Source: Candidatus Omnitrophota bacterium | GTDB taxonomy: Bacteria; Omnitrophota; Gorgyraeia; Duberdicusellales; 4484-171 | Assembly: GCA_043815185.1 (NCBI GenBank) | Contig: JBDRJF010000024.1 | Span: 533-64,532 of the forward strand | Reading direction: 5' to 3' | Length of the DNA: 64,000 nt | Shown: piece by piece, positions 19,620-29,161 of the stretch | Position numbering within the stretch: position 1 is the stretch's first letter | How the letters are laid out: every line of letters starts with the position of its first letter | Program-made: the position numbers and the translations under genes | The notes under the pieces: model-generated | Database searches by the model: none | What the model saw: the letters and a program-made list of their open reading frames with translations, nothing else | Told to the model about the DNA's origin: nothing

Positions 19620-19731
19620 AGAGATACTCCTTCTTTTCGATGGTTAAACCTTTTTCTAAGAAAATCTATGTTTTTCTGTTCGTTCTCCGTCAACTTTTTT
19701 TCAGGATGACTCAATGCTTTTTCAATGGGCA

Positions 19732-19861
19732 AAGGAAGATCTTCATCGATTTTAACTTTAGCATAAATAAACAATTATGTCAAAAAATTCCCTTATTCCT
19801 TGAGATAAATATGCTCTATTTCCGAAAAAGCACCGCCGTAAATAGTCGGGTAAAGATTGCC
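19732..19861. repeat. Direct repeat copy B (about 130 bp)
   Basis: It contains the real 3' end of the binding-protein gene plus a dead 17-codon remnant of the TPR gene start (MLKLKSMKIFLCPLKKH*). Confidence 0.85.
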
Positions 19862-21529
19862 GAACTTGTTTCGCACCGCATATATCGAATAAGGAATCGC
19901 AGTATAAACAAGCGGTAACTCTTGGGATGCAATTTCCTGCCAACGGGCAAATAAAACCTTTCTTTCCTCTTCATCCATAATCCGGGCAGTTTGATTAAAA
20001 ATATTCTCGATTTCTATCTCATATTGATCTAAAGGTTCCTTGCTAAGATTCCACATATGTAGATTTCCCTTATAAGACCAGACATTCTTGCCAAAGTAAG
20101 GCTCAACCCCGCCGGTAAGCCCGATTAGAATCATTTCCCAATCAAGAGTAGCTGTCAATTTACTCACCAAATTATTAAAGTCAAGAGGCAGAAAGTGTAT
20201 TTTTACCCCAATCGTCTCTAAATCCTTCTTTACCAGGGTGGCAATTTGAACCCGTTGGGTATCATTGGCGTTAGTAAAAAAGATAATCTCTAAGGCCTTG
20301 CCCGCTTCATCTTCCAGGACCCCATCCCCGTCTCGATCAATAAAACCTATTTCGGATAAAAGATGTTTTGCTTCTAGGGGGTTATAAGAATGCTGCTTAA
20401 CTTTATCGTTATAATAATAGGTGTTGGCCGGGCTCAGTGGAGAATACTGCGGTATTCCCAACCCATTCATTAGAATATCGATGATTTTCTCCCGGTTTAT
20501 AGCGTAAGCTATTGCTTTTCGGAAATTCCTGTTCTTAAACCAGGCTAACTTATAAGGTTCGATAAACGGTTTTTTGGTATGCGGGTTGGTGCCTGGGTTT
20601 TGGTTAAAAACTACAAAGTTTGAACCCAAAGAGGGGCCAGCATTATAAATTGAAAAATTACCTTTATCTTGGTCCGGACCTAAAATACCTAAATCTTGAG
20701 GTCTTACAGAGTAGTAGTCGACTTCTTTCTCTAAAAATTTTAAAAGAGCGGTGTCAGGGTTAGGCACTACTTTAAAAATTACCGCTTCTAAATATGGTAA
20801 ACTCCTGCCGCAGGTATCTTTCTTCCAGTAAAAAGGATTTTTTTCTAAAACTACTCTTTCACCAGGAAAGTAACTTTTGAGCCTAAACGCTCCGGTTCCG
20901 ACAATATCTTGAGGTTTTGAATCAAGCCCCAAAGCAAAAGAAAATTTTCCCCTTTCAACTAAACTAGCATATTTATGTCGGGGGAGAATATCGTGGGAAA
21001 GAGCCCGGAGAAAAGGAGCAAAGGTAAAGGGGAGGGTAAATTTTACTGTATGGCTGTCAATTTCTTCAACTACTATCTCTTTTCCATCAATAGTAAAAAT
21101 ATCTCTACTGCTGGTAGGAATATCGGGGTTGTAAATTAAATCTTCAAAGGTAAAAACCACATCCTTAGCAGTGAACTCCTCTCCATCATTCCAAAGAATA
21201 CCCTTACCTAAGTGAAAAATCCACTCCTTACCATCAGAAGTTTCCCATTCTTTGGCTAAATTGGGCATAACTTCTAAGGTTATCGGGTGGGTACGGGTCA
21301 AACCTTCAAAAATATAGCCGGTAATCTGGGTAGTTGAGGTCTCTTGAGCAACTATCGGATTGAATGACTTGGGGTCTGAAATAGCCGGAAGAATTAATTC
21401 CCCTCCGGCTTTCCCGCAACTTATTTGATAATCATTATAAAGATTTTTAAAAAGGCCCTTGGCCTCAACGGGAAAGCTCAAAGTCAAGCTACTGATTATT
21501 GTAATTAAAAATAAACTACTTTTCTTCAT
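19793..21529 (-). CDS. ABC transporter substrate-binding protein, family 5 (peptide/nickel type)
   Basis: 578 aa with a signal peptide. The SBP_bac_5-like pattern includes LTR, W.DG..FTA.DV.F and NP.YW. Confidence 0.85.
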   Translation of the reverse strand: MKKSSLFLITIISSLTLSFPVEAKGLFKNLYNDYQISCGKAGGELILPAISDPKSFNPIVAQETSTTQITGYIFEGLTRTHPITLEVMPNLAKEWETSDGKEWIFHLGKGILWNDGEEFTAKDVVFTFEDLIYNPDIPTSSRDIFTIDGKEIVVEEIDSHTVKFTLPFTFAPFLRALSHDILPRHKYASLVERGKFSFALGLDSKPQDIVGTGAFRLKSYFPGERVVLEKNPFYWKKDTCGRSLPYLEAVIFKVVPNPDTALLKFLEKEVDYYSVRPQDLGILGPDQDKGNFSIYNAGPSLGSNFVVFNQNPGTNPHTKKPFIEPYKLAWFKNRNFRKAIAYAINREKIIDILMNGLGIPQYSPLSPANTYYYNDKVKQHSYNPLEAKHLLSEIGFIDRDGDGVLEDEAGKALEIIFFTNANDTQRVQIATLVKKDLETIGVKIHFLPLDFNNLVSKLTATLDWEMILIGLTGGVEPYFGKNVWSYKGNLHMWNLSKEPLDQYEIEIENIFNQTARIMDEEERKVLFARWQEIASQELPLVYTAIPYSIYAVRNKFGNLYPTIYGGAFSEIEHIYLKE

Positions 21530-21866
21530 CCTCTAGGAGTGGGGATTCCTGGGCTGGTATCTCTTCCTGGGGAGTAGCTGGTTCGTGAATAATATCATTA
21601 CTTTCAATACTTATAGTTTCATATTTACCCATTAAAGACTTACCTTTTTCTTTAGATAGATAAGCTAAAGATATAGAAGTAAGAAAAAAACTAATGGCTA
21701 GAATTACTGTTGCCTTTACTAGAAAAGAACTGGTTTTGGTACCGAAAATAGACTCAACTCCGCCTAAGGCCTCGACCAGGCCTCCGCTTCTGCCTCTTTG
21801 AATAAGAATCATTCCAATCAGGCTTAAGGCAACGATAATATGAATAGATAAGACAACATTATACAT
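21516..21866 (-). CDS. secG: Preprotein translocase subunit SecG
   Basis: 116 aa. The N-terminal TM segment plus LIQRGRSGGL is the SecG signature. Confidence 0.85.
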   Translation of the reverse strand: MYNVVLSIHIIVALSLIGMILIQRGRSGGLVEALGGVESIFGTKTSSFLVKATVILAISFFLTSISLAYLSKEKGKSLMGKYETISIESNDIIHEPATPQEEIPAQESPLLEDEEK

Positions 21867-21890
21867 AATTGTTTCACTCCTTATTAAAAA

Positions 21891-22649
21891 TTATCCTAGC
21901 GAATTCTTAACTATTTCCACAAAAGAAGCACTATCTAGCGAGGCCCCCCCTACTAATGCTCCGTCGATGTCGCTCTCTTTCATTAATTCTCTTGTGTTGT
22001 CTGGTTTAACACTGCCGCCATAAAGAATACACAGACTATCAGCTACTTCTTGCGAATAACAATCTTTAAGCCAATCACGAATAAACTTATGAACTTCCTG
22101 AGCTTGTTTCGGTGTTGCGGTTTTACCGGTGCCAATCGCCCAAACTGGTTCATAAGCAATAATTAATTTTAGGAAGTCGTCACTCACTAAACTTTCTAGG
22201 CCTCCTTTTAGTTGCCTGGTGATAACATCAATAGTCTTACTTGTTTCACGTTCCTCAAGAGTTTCTCCGACACAAAAAATAGGAATTAAATCTGCTGCCT
22301 GGGCTGCTGTTATTCTTTTATTTACTGTCTGATCGGTTTCAGCAAAGTATTTTCTTCTCTCCGAGTGCCCGATAATTACAAATTTGCAGCCGGCATCCTT
22401 AAGCATCAAAGGAGAAATCTCGCCGGTAAAGGCTCCTGATGCTTCCCAATAAACATTTTGAGCCCCCAAAGAAATATTAGAATCTATTAAGAGGTCTGAT
22501 ATCTCAGAAAGCGCCGTATAAACCGGACAAACAATAATATCTGCACCTTGAATATCAACCAGTTCTCTTTTTAAGCTATTGACCAGTAAAATTGCTTCGT
22601 TAATAGTTTTATTCATCTTCCAATTACCGGCAATGACGGGTTTCCTCAT
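21891..22649 (-). CDS. tpiA: Triosephosphate isomerase
   Basis: It has AGNWKMN, IIGHSERR and AYEPVWAIGTG motifs. The start is set at the second ATG (22649), which has AAGGAG 6 nt upstream. The track start at 22664 is the alternative. Confidence 0.93.
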   Translation of the reverse strand: MRKPVIAGNWKMNKTINEAILLVNSLKRELVDIQGADIIVCPVYTALSEISDLLIDSNISLGAQNVYWEASGAFTGEISPLMLKDAGCKFVIIGHSERRKYFAETDQTVNKRITAAQAADLIPIFCVGETLEERETSKTIDVITRQLKGGLESLVSDDFLKLIIAYEPVWAIGTGKTATPKQAQEVHKFIRDWLKDCYSQEVADSLCILYGGSVKPDNTRELMKESDIDGALVGGASLDSASFVEIVKNSLG

Positions 22650-22745
22650 TCTTGACTCCTTCATAATTTATAACTTATAATTGATAACTGATAATTGAGG
22701 TTTAAAAACAAAAAAATCTCACCTTTAATTATCATTTATCATTTA

Positions 22746-23930
22746 TTATTTATCAGTTAGAGCAGCAATCCCTGGTAATACCTTACCTTCTAAATACTCT
22801 AAAGATGCCCCGCCGCCAGTAGAAATATGGGACATCTTATCGGCCAAAGAAAACTTTGCTACTGCCGCTGCAGTATCTCCTCCGCCAATAACTGATGTTG
22901 CCTCTGATTCAGCAATAGCCAAAGCCAGGGACAATGAACCTTTACTAAATTCATCTTTTTCAAAGATTCCCACCGGACCATTCCAAACAATAGTCTTTGC
23001 TTCTTTTATCTTATCACAGAAAAGCTGCCTTGTCTTGGGACCAATATCAACACCGATCCAACCTTGATCAATCGAAGCACCTCCGGTAGTCTTAACATTA
23101 ACAGCCGCATTCAAATCATCGGTAATTATATGATCGACTGGCAAGAGTATTTCAACCTTCTGTTCTTTGGCTTTCTTAAATATATTTTCTACTATCTCTT
23201 GAGAACCTTTTTCAAAACGTGAAGAACCGATATCGACTCCCTTAACCTTCATAAAAGTATAAGCCATAGCCCCGCCGATTAATAAGCAATCGGCTTTATC
23301 AATCATATTCTCAATAACCGGGATTTTATCTGACACTTTTGCTCCCCCCAGTATGAAGATAAAAGGTTTTAGGCTTCCAGTTAAAATCTTCTCAAAATAT
23401 TCTATTTCTTTTTGAACTAAAAATCCCGATACTGCCTCAAGATAATGAGTTACCCCTTCTGTAGAAGCATGAGCACGATGTGAAGTTCCAAATGCATCGT
23501 TTACAAAAACATCCCCCAAGGCTGCTAACTCCCTGGCAAACTGGGAATCATTATTAGTCTCGGCCTTATGGAATCTTAAGTTCTCAAGAAGTACTACATC
23601 CCCTTCATTCATTTCAGCTACGACAGCCTTAACTGCATCACCGATACAATCATCTAACATTAAGACCGATTGGCCCAATAATTCGCTTAAGTGTTTAGCT
23701 ACCGGCTTTAAACTGAACTCCGGTAATCTTTGCCCTTTAGGCCGGCCTAAGTGACTGATCAGAATCAGCTTCCCGCCGGCCTGAATGATATATTTTATCG
23801 TTTCTAAGGCCTTCTTGATTCTGTTATCATCGGTGATATTTAACTCCTTATCTAAGGGGACGTTAAAATCAACCCGCATCAGTATTCGTTTACCTTTAAG
23901 GTCAATATCTTTTACTGATTTTTTACTCAT
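22746..23930 (-). CDS. pgk: Phosphoglycerate kinase
   Basis: MSKKSVKDIDLKGKRILMRVDFNVP is the canonical PGK N-terminus, so the track's 7-codon upstream extension is rejected. GGGASLEYLEGK lies at the C-terminus. Confidence 0.95.
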   Translation of the reverse strand: MSKKSVKDIDLKGKRILMRVDFNVPLDKELNITDDNRIKKALETIKYIIQAGGKLILISHLGRPKGQRLPEFSLKPVAKHLSELLGQSVLMLDDCIGDAVKAVVAEMNEGDVVLLENLRFHKAETNNDSQFARELAALGDVFVNDAFGTSHRAHASTEGVTHYLEAVSGFLVQKEIEYFEKILTGSLKPFIFILGGAKVSDKIPVIENMIDKADCLLIGGAMAYTFMKVKGVDIGSSRFEKGSQEIVENIFKKAKEQKVEILLPVDHIITDDLNAAVNVKTTGGASIDQGWIGVDIGPKTRQLFCDKIKEAKTIVWNGPVGIFEKDEFSKGSLSLALAIAESEATSVIGGGDTAAAVAKFSLADKMSHISTGGGASLEYLEGKVLPGIAALTDK

Positions 23931-23972
23931 AAAAGTATCGGGTCGGCACAAGGCCGGCCCCTACACATTCGG

Positions 23973-24974
23973 TTATTTAACCATGTACTTAATTAGATCT
24001 ACAACCCGGCAGGAGTAACCCCACTCGTTGTCATACCAAGACAAAACCTTAACCATGTCACCGAAACAGAATGTTTGTTGGGCATCTACTATCGAAGAAA
24101 GGGAATTCTTTTTAAAATCTATTGAGACTAATGGCTCCTTACTTACACCAAGAATGCCCTTTAAATTACCCTCTGCAGCCTGTTCTAGAACCTTGTTAAC
24201 CTCTTCGACAGTTGTTTCCTTCTCGGTTTGCAGCACCACATCTACAATCGAAACAGTTGGTGTGGGAACCCGTATTGCTAAACCGTCTAATTTACCTTTT
24301 AGTTCAGGAATAACCAAACCTACTGCTTTAGCTGCTCCGGTAGTAGTGGGTATCATCGAAAGAGCTGCTGCTCTGGCTCGCCGCAAATCGGCATGAGGAT
24401 AATCTAATATCCGTTGATCATTGGTATAAGAGTGAATTGTAGTCATCAGGCCTTTTTTTACGCCAAAAACATCCTTGATTACCTTTACAACCGGGGCAAT
24501 GCAATTAGTGGTGCAAGAAGCATTGGATACGATATGGTCTTTCCCAGGGTCATATTTTTCCTCATTTACCCCTAAAACAAAGGTTGCAATATCACCTTTA
24601 GCTGGTGCAGATATTATGACCTTTTTTGCTCCGGCTTTAAGATGCCCTCCAGCTCCCTCAGCATTACGGAAAAATCCGGTTGACTCAACAACTACCTCTA
24701 CTCCTAAATCAGCCCAAGGAAGTTTAGCAGGATCTCTTTCGGATAAGACTTTAACCGGCTTTCCGTCAATTACAAAAGAATTTCCTTCGGCTTTTACTTC
24801 CTTAGAAAGAATACCAAAATTTGAATCATACTTAAGAAGATAAGCTAAGGTAGCAGCATCAGTAAGGTCATTAACTGCTACAAAATCAAGATCAGACTCA
24901 CCCCTTTCTAGAGCTGACCTTAAGACTAATCTTCCAATTCTACCAAAACCATTAATACCTACTTTTACTCCCAT
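23973..24974 (-). CDS. gap: Glyceraldehyde-3-phosphate dehydrogenase
   Basis: 333 aa with INGFGRIGR and the SNASCTTNC active site. Confidence 0.95.
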   Translation of the reverse strand: MGVKVGINGFGRIGRLVLRSALERGESDLDFVAVNDLTDAATLAYLLKYDSNFGILSKEVKAEGNSFVIDGKPVKVLSERDPAKLPWADLGVEVVVESTGFFRNAEGAGGHLKAGAKKVIISAPAKGDIATFVLGVNEEKYDPGKDHIVSNASCTTNCIAPVVKVIKDVFGVKKGLMTTIHSYTNDQRILDYPHADLRRARAAALSMIPTTTGAAKAVGLVIPELKGKLDGLAIRVPTPTVSIVDVVLQTEKETTVEEVNKVLEQAAEGNLKGILGVSKEPLVSIDFKKNSLSSIVDAQQTFCFGDMVKVLSWYDNEWGYSCRVVDLIKYMVK

Positions 24975-25992
24975 TTTTCCTCCTTTGCTTATGAATATTC
25001 ACTTCTTTTAAATACTTGCTAGCTAACTCCGGGGGTGTAGAATTTATATAAAAACCTGTTCCCCATTCAAATCCGGCAATTTTGCTCAATTTTGGCATAA
25101 CTTCAGCATGCCAATGGTAAATATCGTTACCATTATCATTAAGGGGGCTAGTATGAATAATGAAATTATAGGGCGGATCATCTAATAATATTTTTACTCT
25201 GGTAAGAATATCCTTTAATATTTGTGCGAAATTATCAACTTCGCCTTGGTTAATATCAGTAAATGCTGCTTTATGCTTTTTGGGAACAATAGTTACCTCA
25301 AACGGAGAACGGGAAGCAAAAGGACAAAAAGCATAAAAATCTTCATTTTCACCGACCTCTCGGAGCTTTTCCTCCATCTCCTGCTTAACCACATCACAAA
25401 ACAAACAACTCTTTTTATCCACAAAATACCGGTGTATACATTCCAGTTCTTCGCTGACTCTCCGGGGAACTATCGGCAAAGATATCAATTGGGTGTGACT
25501 ATGCTCAAGCGAGGCTCCGGCGGCTAAACCATAATTTTTAAATATTAATACATATTTAAAACGGCTATCCTGACCTAATTTAATGCTTCTCCGCTTACAA
25601 ACTAAAATTACTTTCTTGATTTCCTCAAGGCTAAGGTCAGCAAGCTGTTTGTTATGATCGGGGTTTTCGATAACAACTTCATGTTCTCCTACTCCCTTAC
25701 ACTTCTCAAATACCCCGACAATCTGCTTTGCTACTTCTGGTTCATTGGTTAAAGCCGGATATTTATTAGGAACTGTTCTGGTCAGCCAGCCAGGGGTATC
25801 TTTAGCTGTATCAACTGGCCTATCAGCATCAACCTCAGGAGGAGTCAATTTTTCATTCCCCTCACAGAAAGGACAGGGTTGATTATTGGCCGTACCATTC
25901 TGATCAAGCTTAAAGTCATTGGGTCTTCTGGCCCGTTCTGTAGCAATAATAACCCAACGTCCGATAATAGGGTCTTTTCTTAACTCTGGCAT
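24952..25992 (-). CDS. galT: Galactose-1-phosphate uridylyltransferase-family (HIT superfamily) enzyme
   Basis: 346 aa with an N-terminal CPFCEGNE zinc motif and the LEHSHTQL H-x-H-x-Q active site. Confidence 0.78.
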   Translation of the reverse strand: MPELRKDPIIGRWVIIATERARRPNDFKLDQNGTANNQPCPFCEGNEKLTPPEVDADRPVDTAKDTPGWLTRTVPNKYPALTNEPEVAKQIVGVFEKCKGVGEHEVVIENPDHNKQLADLSLEEIKKVILVCKRRSIKLGQDSRFKYVLIFKNYGLAAGASLEHSHTQLISLPIVPRRVSEELECIHRYFVDKKSCLFCDVVKQEMEEKLREVGENEDFYAFCPFASRSPFEVTIVPKKHKAAFTDINQGEVDNFAQILKDILTRVKILLDDPPYNFIIHTSPLNDNGNDIYHWHAEVMPKLSKIAGFEWGTGFYINSTPPELASKYLKEVNIHKQRRKNGSKSRY

Positions 25993-26000
25993 TTTAATGA

Positions 26001-26165
26001 GACTTACGTTTTCTTGTCAAGAAAACGTGTAGTCGAATTGATCCCGCCGAAGGTTGGAAAATTGTCGAAGAGAATTTTCCAACATCTCCTCCCCTCTGGA
26101 ATTTTTTATAAAAAATTCCGAGGACTCAGTCCCTGAAATTACTCCGTAATTTCTAGGGGTGAGTC
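26001..26165 (-). promoter_or_regulatory. Four consecutive stem-loops in the tyrS-galT spacer (candidate structured 5' leader or uncharacterised RNA element)
   Basis: H1 is 26001-26034 (gact-acgttttct / agaaaacgt-agtc). H2 is 26053-26083 (an 11-bp perfect stem gttggaaaatt/aattttccaac). H3 is 26093-26123 (ggaatttttt/aaaaaattcc plus outer pairs). H4 is about 26123-26165 (an imperfect stem of roughly 18 bp). Confidence 0.5.
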
Positions 26166-26233
26166 GGGATATATTTAGGTTAATATTATTTGTCATTTTA
26201 TTAAAGAATATTTAGCCAAGCTTAACCTTTTTT

Positions 26234-27451
26234 CTATGTTGTCTCAGGGGGTATAAATTTCCTAAATCTTTTTTTACCCACTTTAACTATTTCTCCCTCT
26301 GGGGGTATCTTTTCCATCATTTTATTAATTATCTTAAACGTTACCTCTGCAAGTGATACTGAACTTGCAGTAGATATGCTCCCCTGAGATAATAAACGAC
26401 GGGCTTCATTCTTAGAAGATGCCAGTCCGGCATCAAGTAAAGCTTCGATTATGTTTACCGGATTAGTTTTCACTTTATATACCGGAATATCTTTTGGTAA
26501 TCTTCCTTTGGAAAAGACATTTTCAAATTCTTCCCTTTCTTGTTTAGCCTTCTCTTTAGAGTGGTAAAAAGAAACGATGCTTTCGGCCAAGCTCAGTTTA
26601 ACCTCTTTAGGGTGCTTCTTCTTTAGCTCTGCAGGGTTAAAATCGCTAAGTAATCTTATATATTCCCACATAACAGAATCGGAAATACTCATTATCTTGC
26701 CAAACATAGATTTAGGGTTTTCAGTTACACCGATATAATTACCCAAAGATTTTGACATTTTATTCTTCCCATCCAAACCTACCAAAATCGGCATAGTAAC
26801 AACTACCTGAGGAACTTGTCCGAAGTTCTGCTGCAGGTGTCTACCGACAATTAGATTAAACTTCTGATCGGTTCCGCCAAACTCAATGTCAGCTTTTATC
26901 TTACAAGAGTCATAACCCTGTATTAAAGGATAAATTATCTCTAAAACAGTAAGTGGTTTGCCTTCCTTTATTCTCTGGGAAAAATCATCCCGCTCAAGTA
27001 TTCTGGTTATAGTATAAGAAGAAAGAAGTGAAAGAAATTTAGGCAAACCTATTTTTTTATACCAAATACTGTTATAAATTACTTTAGTCTTCTTCCGCTC
27101 CAGAATTTTGAATACTTGCTGAGTATAAGTAGCCGCGTTAGTTTTAATCTCTCTATCGCTTAAAAGGGGGCGCAAGAGGCTTTTCGTTGAAGGATCTCCT
27201 ATTTTAGCGGTAAAATCGCCGATAATAAGATAAACCTGATGGCCTAAATCCTGCAATTTACGCAGTTTCTTAAGCAGCACGGTATGTCCTAAATGAATAT
27301 CTTTTGCGGTAGGGTCAAAACCGATTTTTAATTTAAGCGGTCGGTTTTTCTTAAAAGAATCCTCTAGCTTAAGGATTAACTCCTCTTCGGCAATTAAGTC
27401 AATGCTGTTTTCTTTTATAAGTTCAAGATGTTGGACTATCTTGCTCTTCAT
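26234..27451 (-). CDS. tyrS: Tyrosine--tRNA ligase
   Basis: 405 aa with a HIGH variant (DIHLGH), KMSKS, and a C-terminal S4-like domain. Confidence 0.93.
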   Translation of the reverse strand: MKSKIVQHLELIKENSIDLIAEEELILKLEDSFKKNRPLKLKIGFDPTAKDIHLGHTVLLKKLRKLQDLGHQVYLIIGDFTAKIGDPSTKSLLRPLLSDREIKTNAATYTQQVFKILERKKTKVIYNSIWYKKIGLPKFLSLLSSYTITRILERDDFSQRIKEGKPLTVLEIIYPLIQGYDSCKIKADIEFGGTDQKFNLIVGRHLQQNFGQVPQVVVTMPILVGLDGKNKMSKSLGNYIGVTENPKSMFGKIMSISDSVMWEYIRLLSDFNPAELKKKHPKEVKLSLAESIVSFYHSKEKAKQEREEFENVFSKGRLPKDIPVYKVKTNPVNIIEALLDAGLASSKNEARRLLSQGSISTASSVSLAEVTFKIINKMMEKIPPEGEIVKVGKKRFRKFIPPETT

Positions 27452-28991
27452 CTATTTTAGCTGAAAGGCCGATTTTTGCTGAACCAGGGTCAATCTTTAT
27501 TACCTTTACCTTTAGTTTTTCCCCGGGTTTGAGTTTATCCACAACATCTTTTTCTATCTCCCCGGAAAAAACTAACCCCTCTAAGGCTTCACCTATCTCC
27601 ACAAATACCCCAAAGTTAGTAATCTTAATTACTTCTCCTTCTACAACTTTCCCTACAGGAAATTGCTCTAAGATTTGAGACCAAGGATCTTCTTTCAATT
27701 GTTTGATTCCGAGAATGATCTTCTTGTTGCTTCGATCTAACCCTAAGATCTTCCACTCATAACCGTGTCCTCTTTTCAAAACTTCTTGAGCCCGGGTAAG
27801 TCTCTTGGTCCAAGAGATATCTTCATTATAAACTATACCTTCTAAGCCATTAGCCAATTCGATATAAGCACAACCATCACCGAACCCGCTAACCTTGCCG
27901 GCAATTGTATTGTCAATCGTAATCAAACTATCTACGTCTTCCCAAGGGTCTTTCTCTAACTGCTTTATGCTCAATGAAATCTTTCTCTCACGGGGATCAA
28001 CGCTAATTACTTTTGCCTCTACAGCATCGCCAATAGCAAATGTCTCTTGCAAATTAATAAATCGCTTCGTCCAGGAAACTTCACTTATATGAACTAAACC
28101 TTCTATCCCTTTCTCCAGTTCTACGAATATTCCGTAATTCTGGATATTAGTAATTCTTCCTTTGATTATTGAACCGGCCGGGAACTTCTCCTCTATCTCA
28201 TCCCAAGGATCAGGTGTAGTTTGTTTTAGGCCAAGTGAAATTTTACCTTTCTCTTTATCAAATTTTAGAACCATTACTTGGATTTCATCTCCTACAGCAA
28301 CAATTTCCGAAGGGTGAGTAATTTTTTTCCAGCTCATATCCGCTATATGAAGAAGGCCGTCTATTCCGCCCAAGTCAATGAAAGCACCAAAATTGGTGAT
28401 ACTTTTTACACGCCCCTTCCTTATCGTATTTTCTTCAACTTCCTCCCAAATCTTCTTACGCAGGACTTCTCTCTCTGCTCTTATCGCATCTTTACGAGAA
28501 ACAATAAAGCTTCTTTTGACTTTATTCATCTTTATAATTTGAAACTTGAATGACTTACCGACTATCTCTTCACTATCGAAAGACCTAAACGAAGATAGAC
28601 TCTGAGGAAGGAATCCATCGACGCCAAAAACGTTGACTATGTATCCGCCCTTGACTTTACGCGAAACTATACCTTCAACTAAATCCCCCTCCTTATAACT
28701 ATCAGCCAGAGTTAACCACCCTTTTGCTTCTCTGGCCCGCTTAAAAGAAAGAACGATTTTCCCTTCCTCATCCTCAACATTTTCGATATAAACATCAATT
28801 TCTTTCAAGTTGTCGATATCGACTCCTTTAAACTCTTCACGAAGGATTATCCCCTCAGACTTGTAGCCAACATCAATTACCGCCTCAGTAGGATTTACTG
28901 CAACAACCTTGCCGGTTATGATTTCTCCCTCATTCAATTCCTTAATCGAATCATAGTAGGCTTTTGCTAATTCTGTAGATACATTTTCCAT
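27423..28991 (-). CDS. rpsA: 30S ribosomal protein S1
   Basis: 522 aa with six recognisable S1 repeats (G.I..G.V......G.FV.L). Confidence 0.9.
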   Translation of the reverse strand: MENVSTELAKAYYDSIKELNEGEIITGKVVAVNPTEAVIDVGYKSEGIILREEFKGVDIDNLKEIDVYIENVEDEEGKIVLSFKRAREAKGWLTLADSYKEGDLVEGIVSRKVKGGYIVNVFGVDGFLPQSLSSFRSFDSEEIVGKSFKFQIIKMNKVKRSFIVSRKDAIRAEREVLRKKIWEEVEENTIRKGRVKSITNFGAFIDLGGIDGLLHIADMSWKKITHPSEIVAVGDEIQVMVLKFDKEKGKISLGLKQTTPDPWDEIEEKFPAGSIIKGRITNIQNYGIFVELEKGIEGLVHISEVSWTKRFINLQETFAIGDAVEAKVISVDPRERKISLSIKQLEKDPWEDVDSLITIDNTIAGKVSGFGDGCAYIELANGLEGIVYNEDISWTKRLTRAQEVLKRGHGYEWKILGLDRSNKKIILGIKQLKEDPWSQILEQFPVGKVVEGEVIKITNFGVFVEIGEALEGLVFSGEIEKDVVDKLKPGEKLKVKVIKIDPGSAKIGLSAKIDEEQDSPTS

Positions 28992-29024
28992 TTTCCGCTA
29001 GTCCTCCTTCAAAAAATTTTTACA

Positions 29025-29053
29025 ATTATCTCCTAAATTATTACCTTTGTCAA
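29025..29053 (-). promoter_or_regulatory. Sigma70-type promoter candidate for rpsA
   Basis: Minus-strand TTGACA (29053..29048), then a 17-nt spacer, then GATAAT (29030..29025). It lies about 30 nt upstream of the GAAGGAGG SD and the ATG. Confidence 0.45.
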
Positions 29054-29098
29054 TGATAAAGATGGGATACCAAAAGAGCAAAAATGCTCCCTTTTTCC

Positions 29099-29126
29099 TT
29101 GACTTTTCTCCTATTTAGGTTAAGTT
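29099..29126 (+). promoter_or_regulatory. Promoter candidate for the O-antigen-ligase-family gene
   Basis: TTGACT (29099-29104), then a 16-nt spacer, then TAAGTT (29121-29126). Confidence 0.3.
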
Positions 29127-29161
29127 AATAACAACATAAGCTAGTTATTATCTTTAAAAGA

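Noticed and set aside
17796-19861. Insertion sequence or transposon explanation for the repeat-flanked radical SAM gene
   Set aside because: There is no transposase or integrase ORF and there are no terminal inverted repeats. The 131-bp direct repeats are copies of the host gene junction rather than short target-site duplications.
22665-22745. GATAA(T/C)TGA / TTATCA repeat-rich spacer between pgk and tpiA as a regulatory site
   Set aside because: It contains only short (7-bp) AT-rich imperfect inverted repeats. This is indistinguishable from chance in a low-GC spacer.
23931-23972. GC-rich palindrome (ggccggcc core) between gap and pgk as a terminator
   Set aside because: On the transcribed strand the stem has an A-C mismatch. 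It is followed by the pgk start rather than a U-tract, and gap-pgk-tpiA are normally co-transcribed. At most it is an mRNA-processing or stability hairpin.
26001-26165. CRISPR array or REP-type repeat cluster
   Set aside because: The four hairpins have unrelated sequences and different lengths. There is no repeated unit with unique spacers, and no cas genes are nearby.
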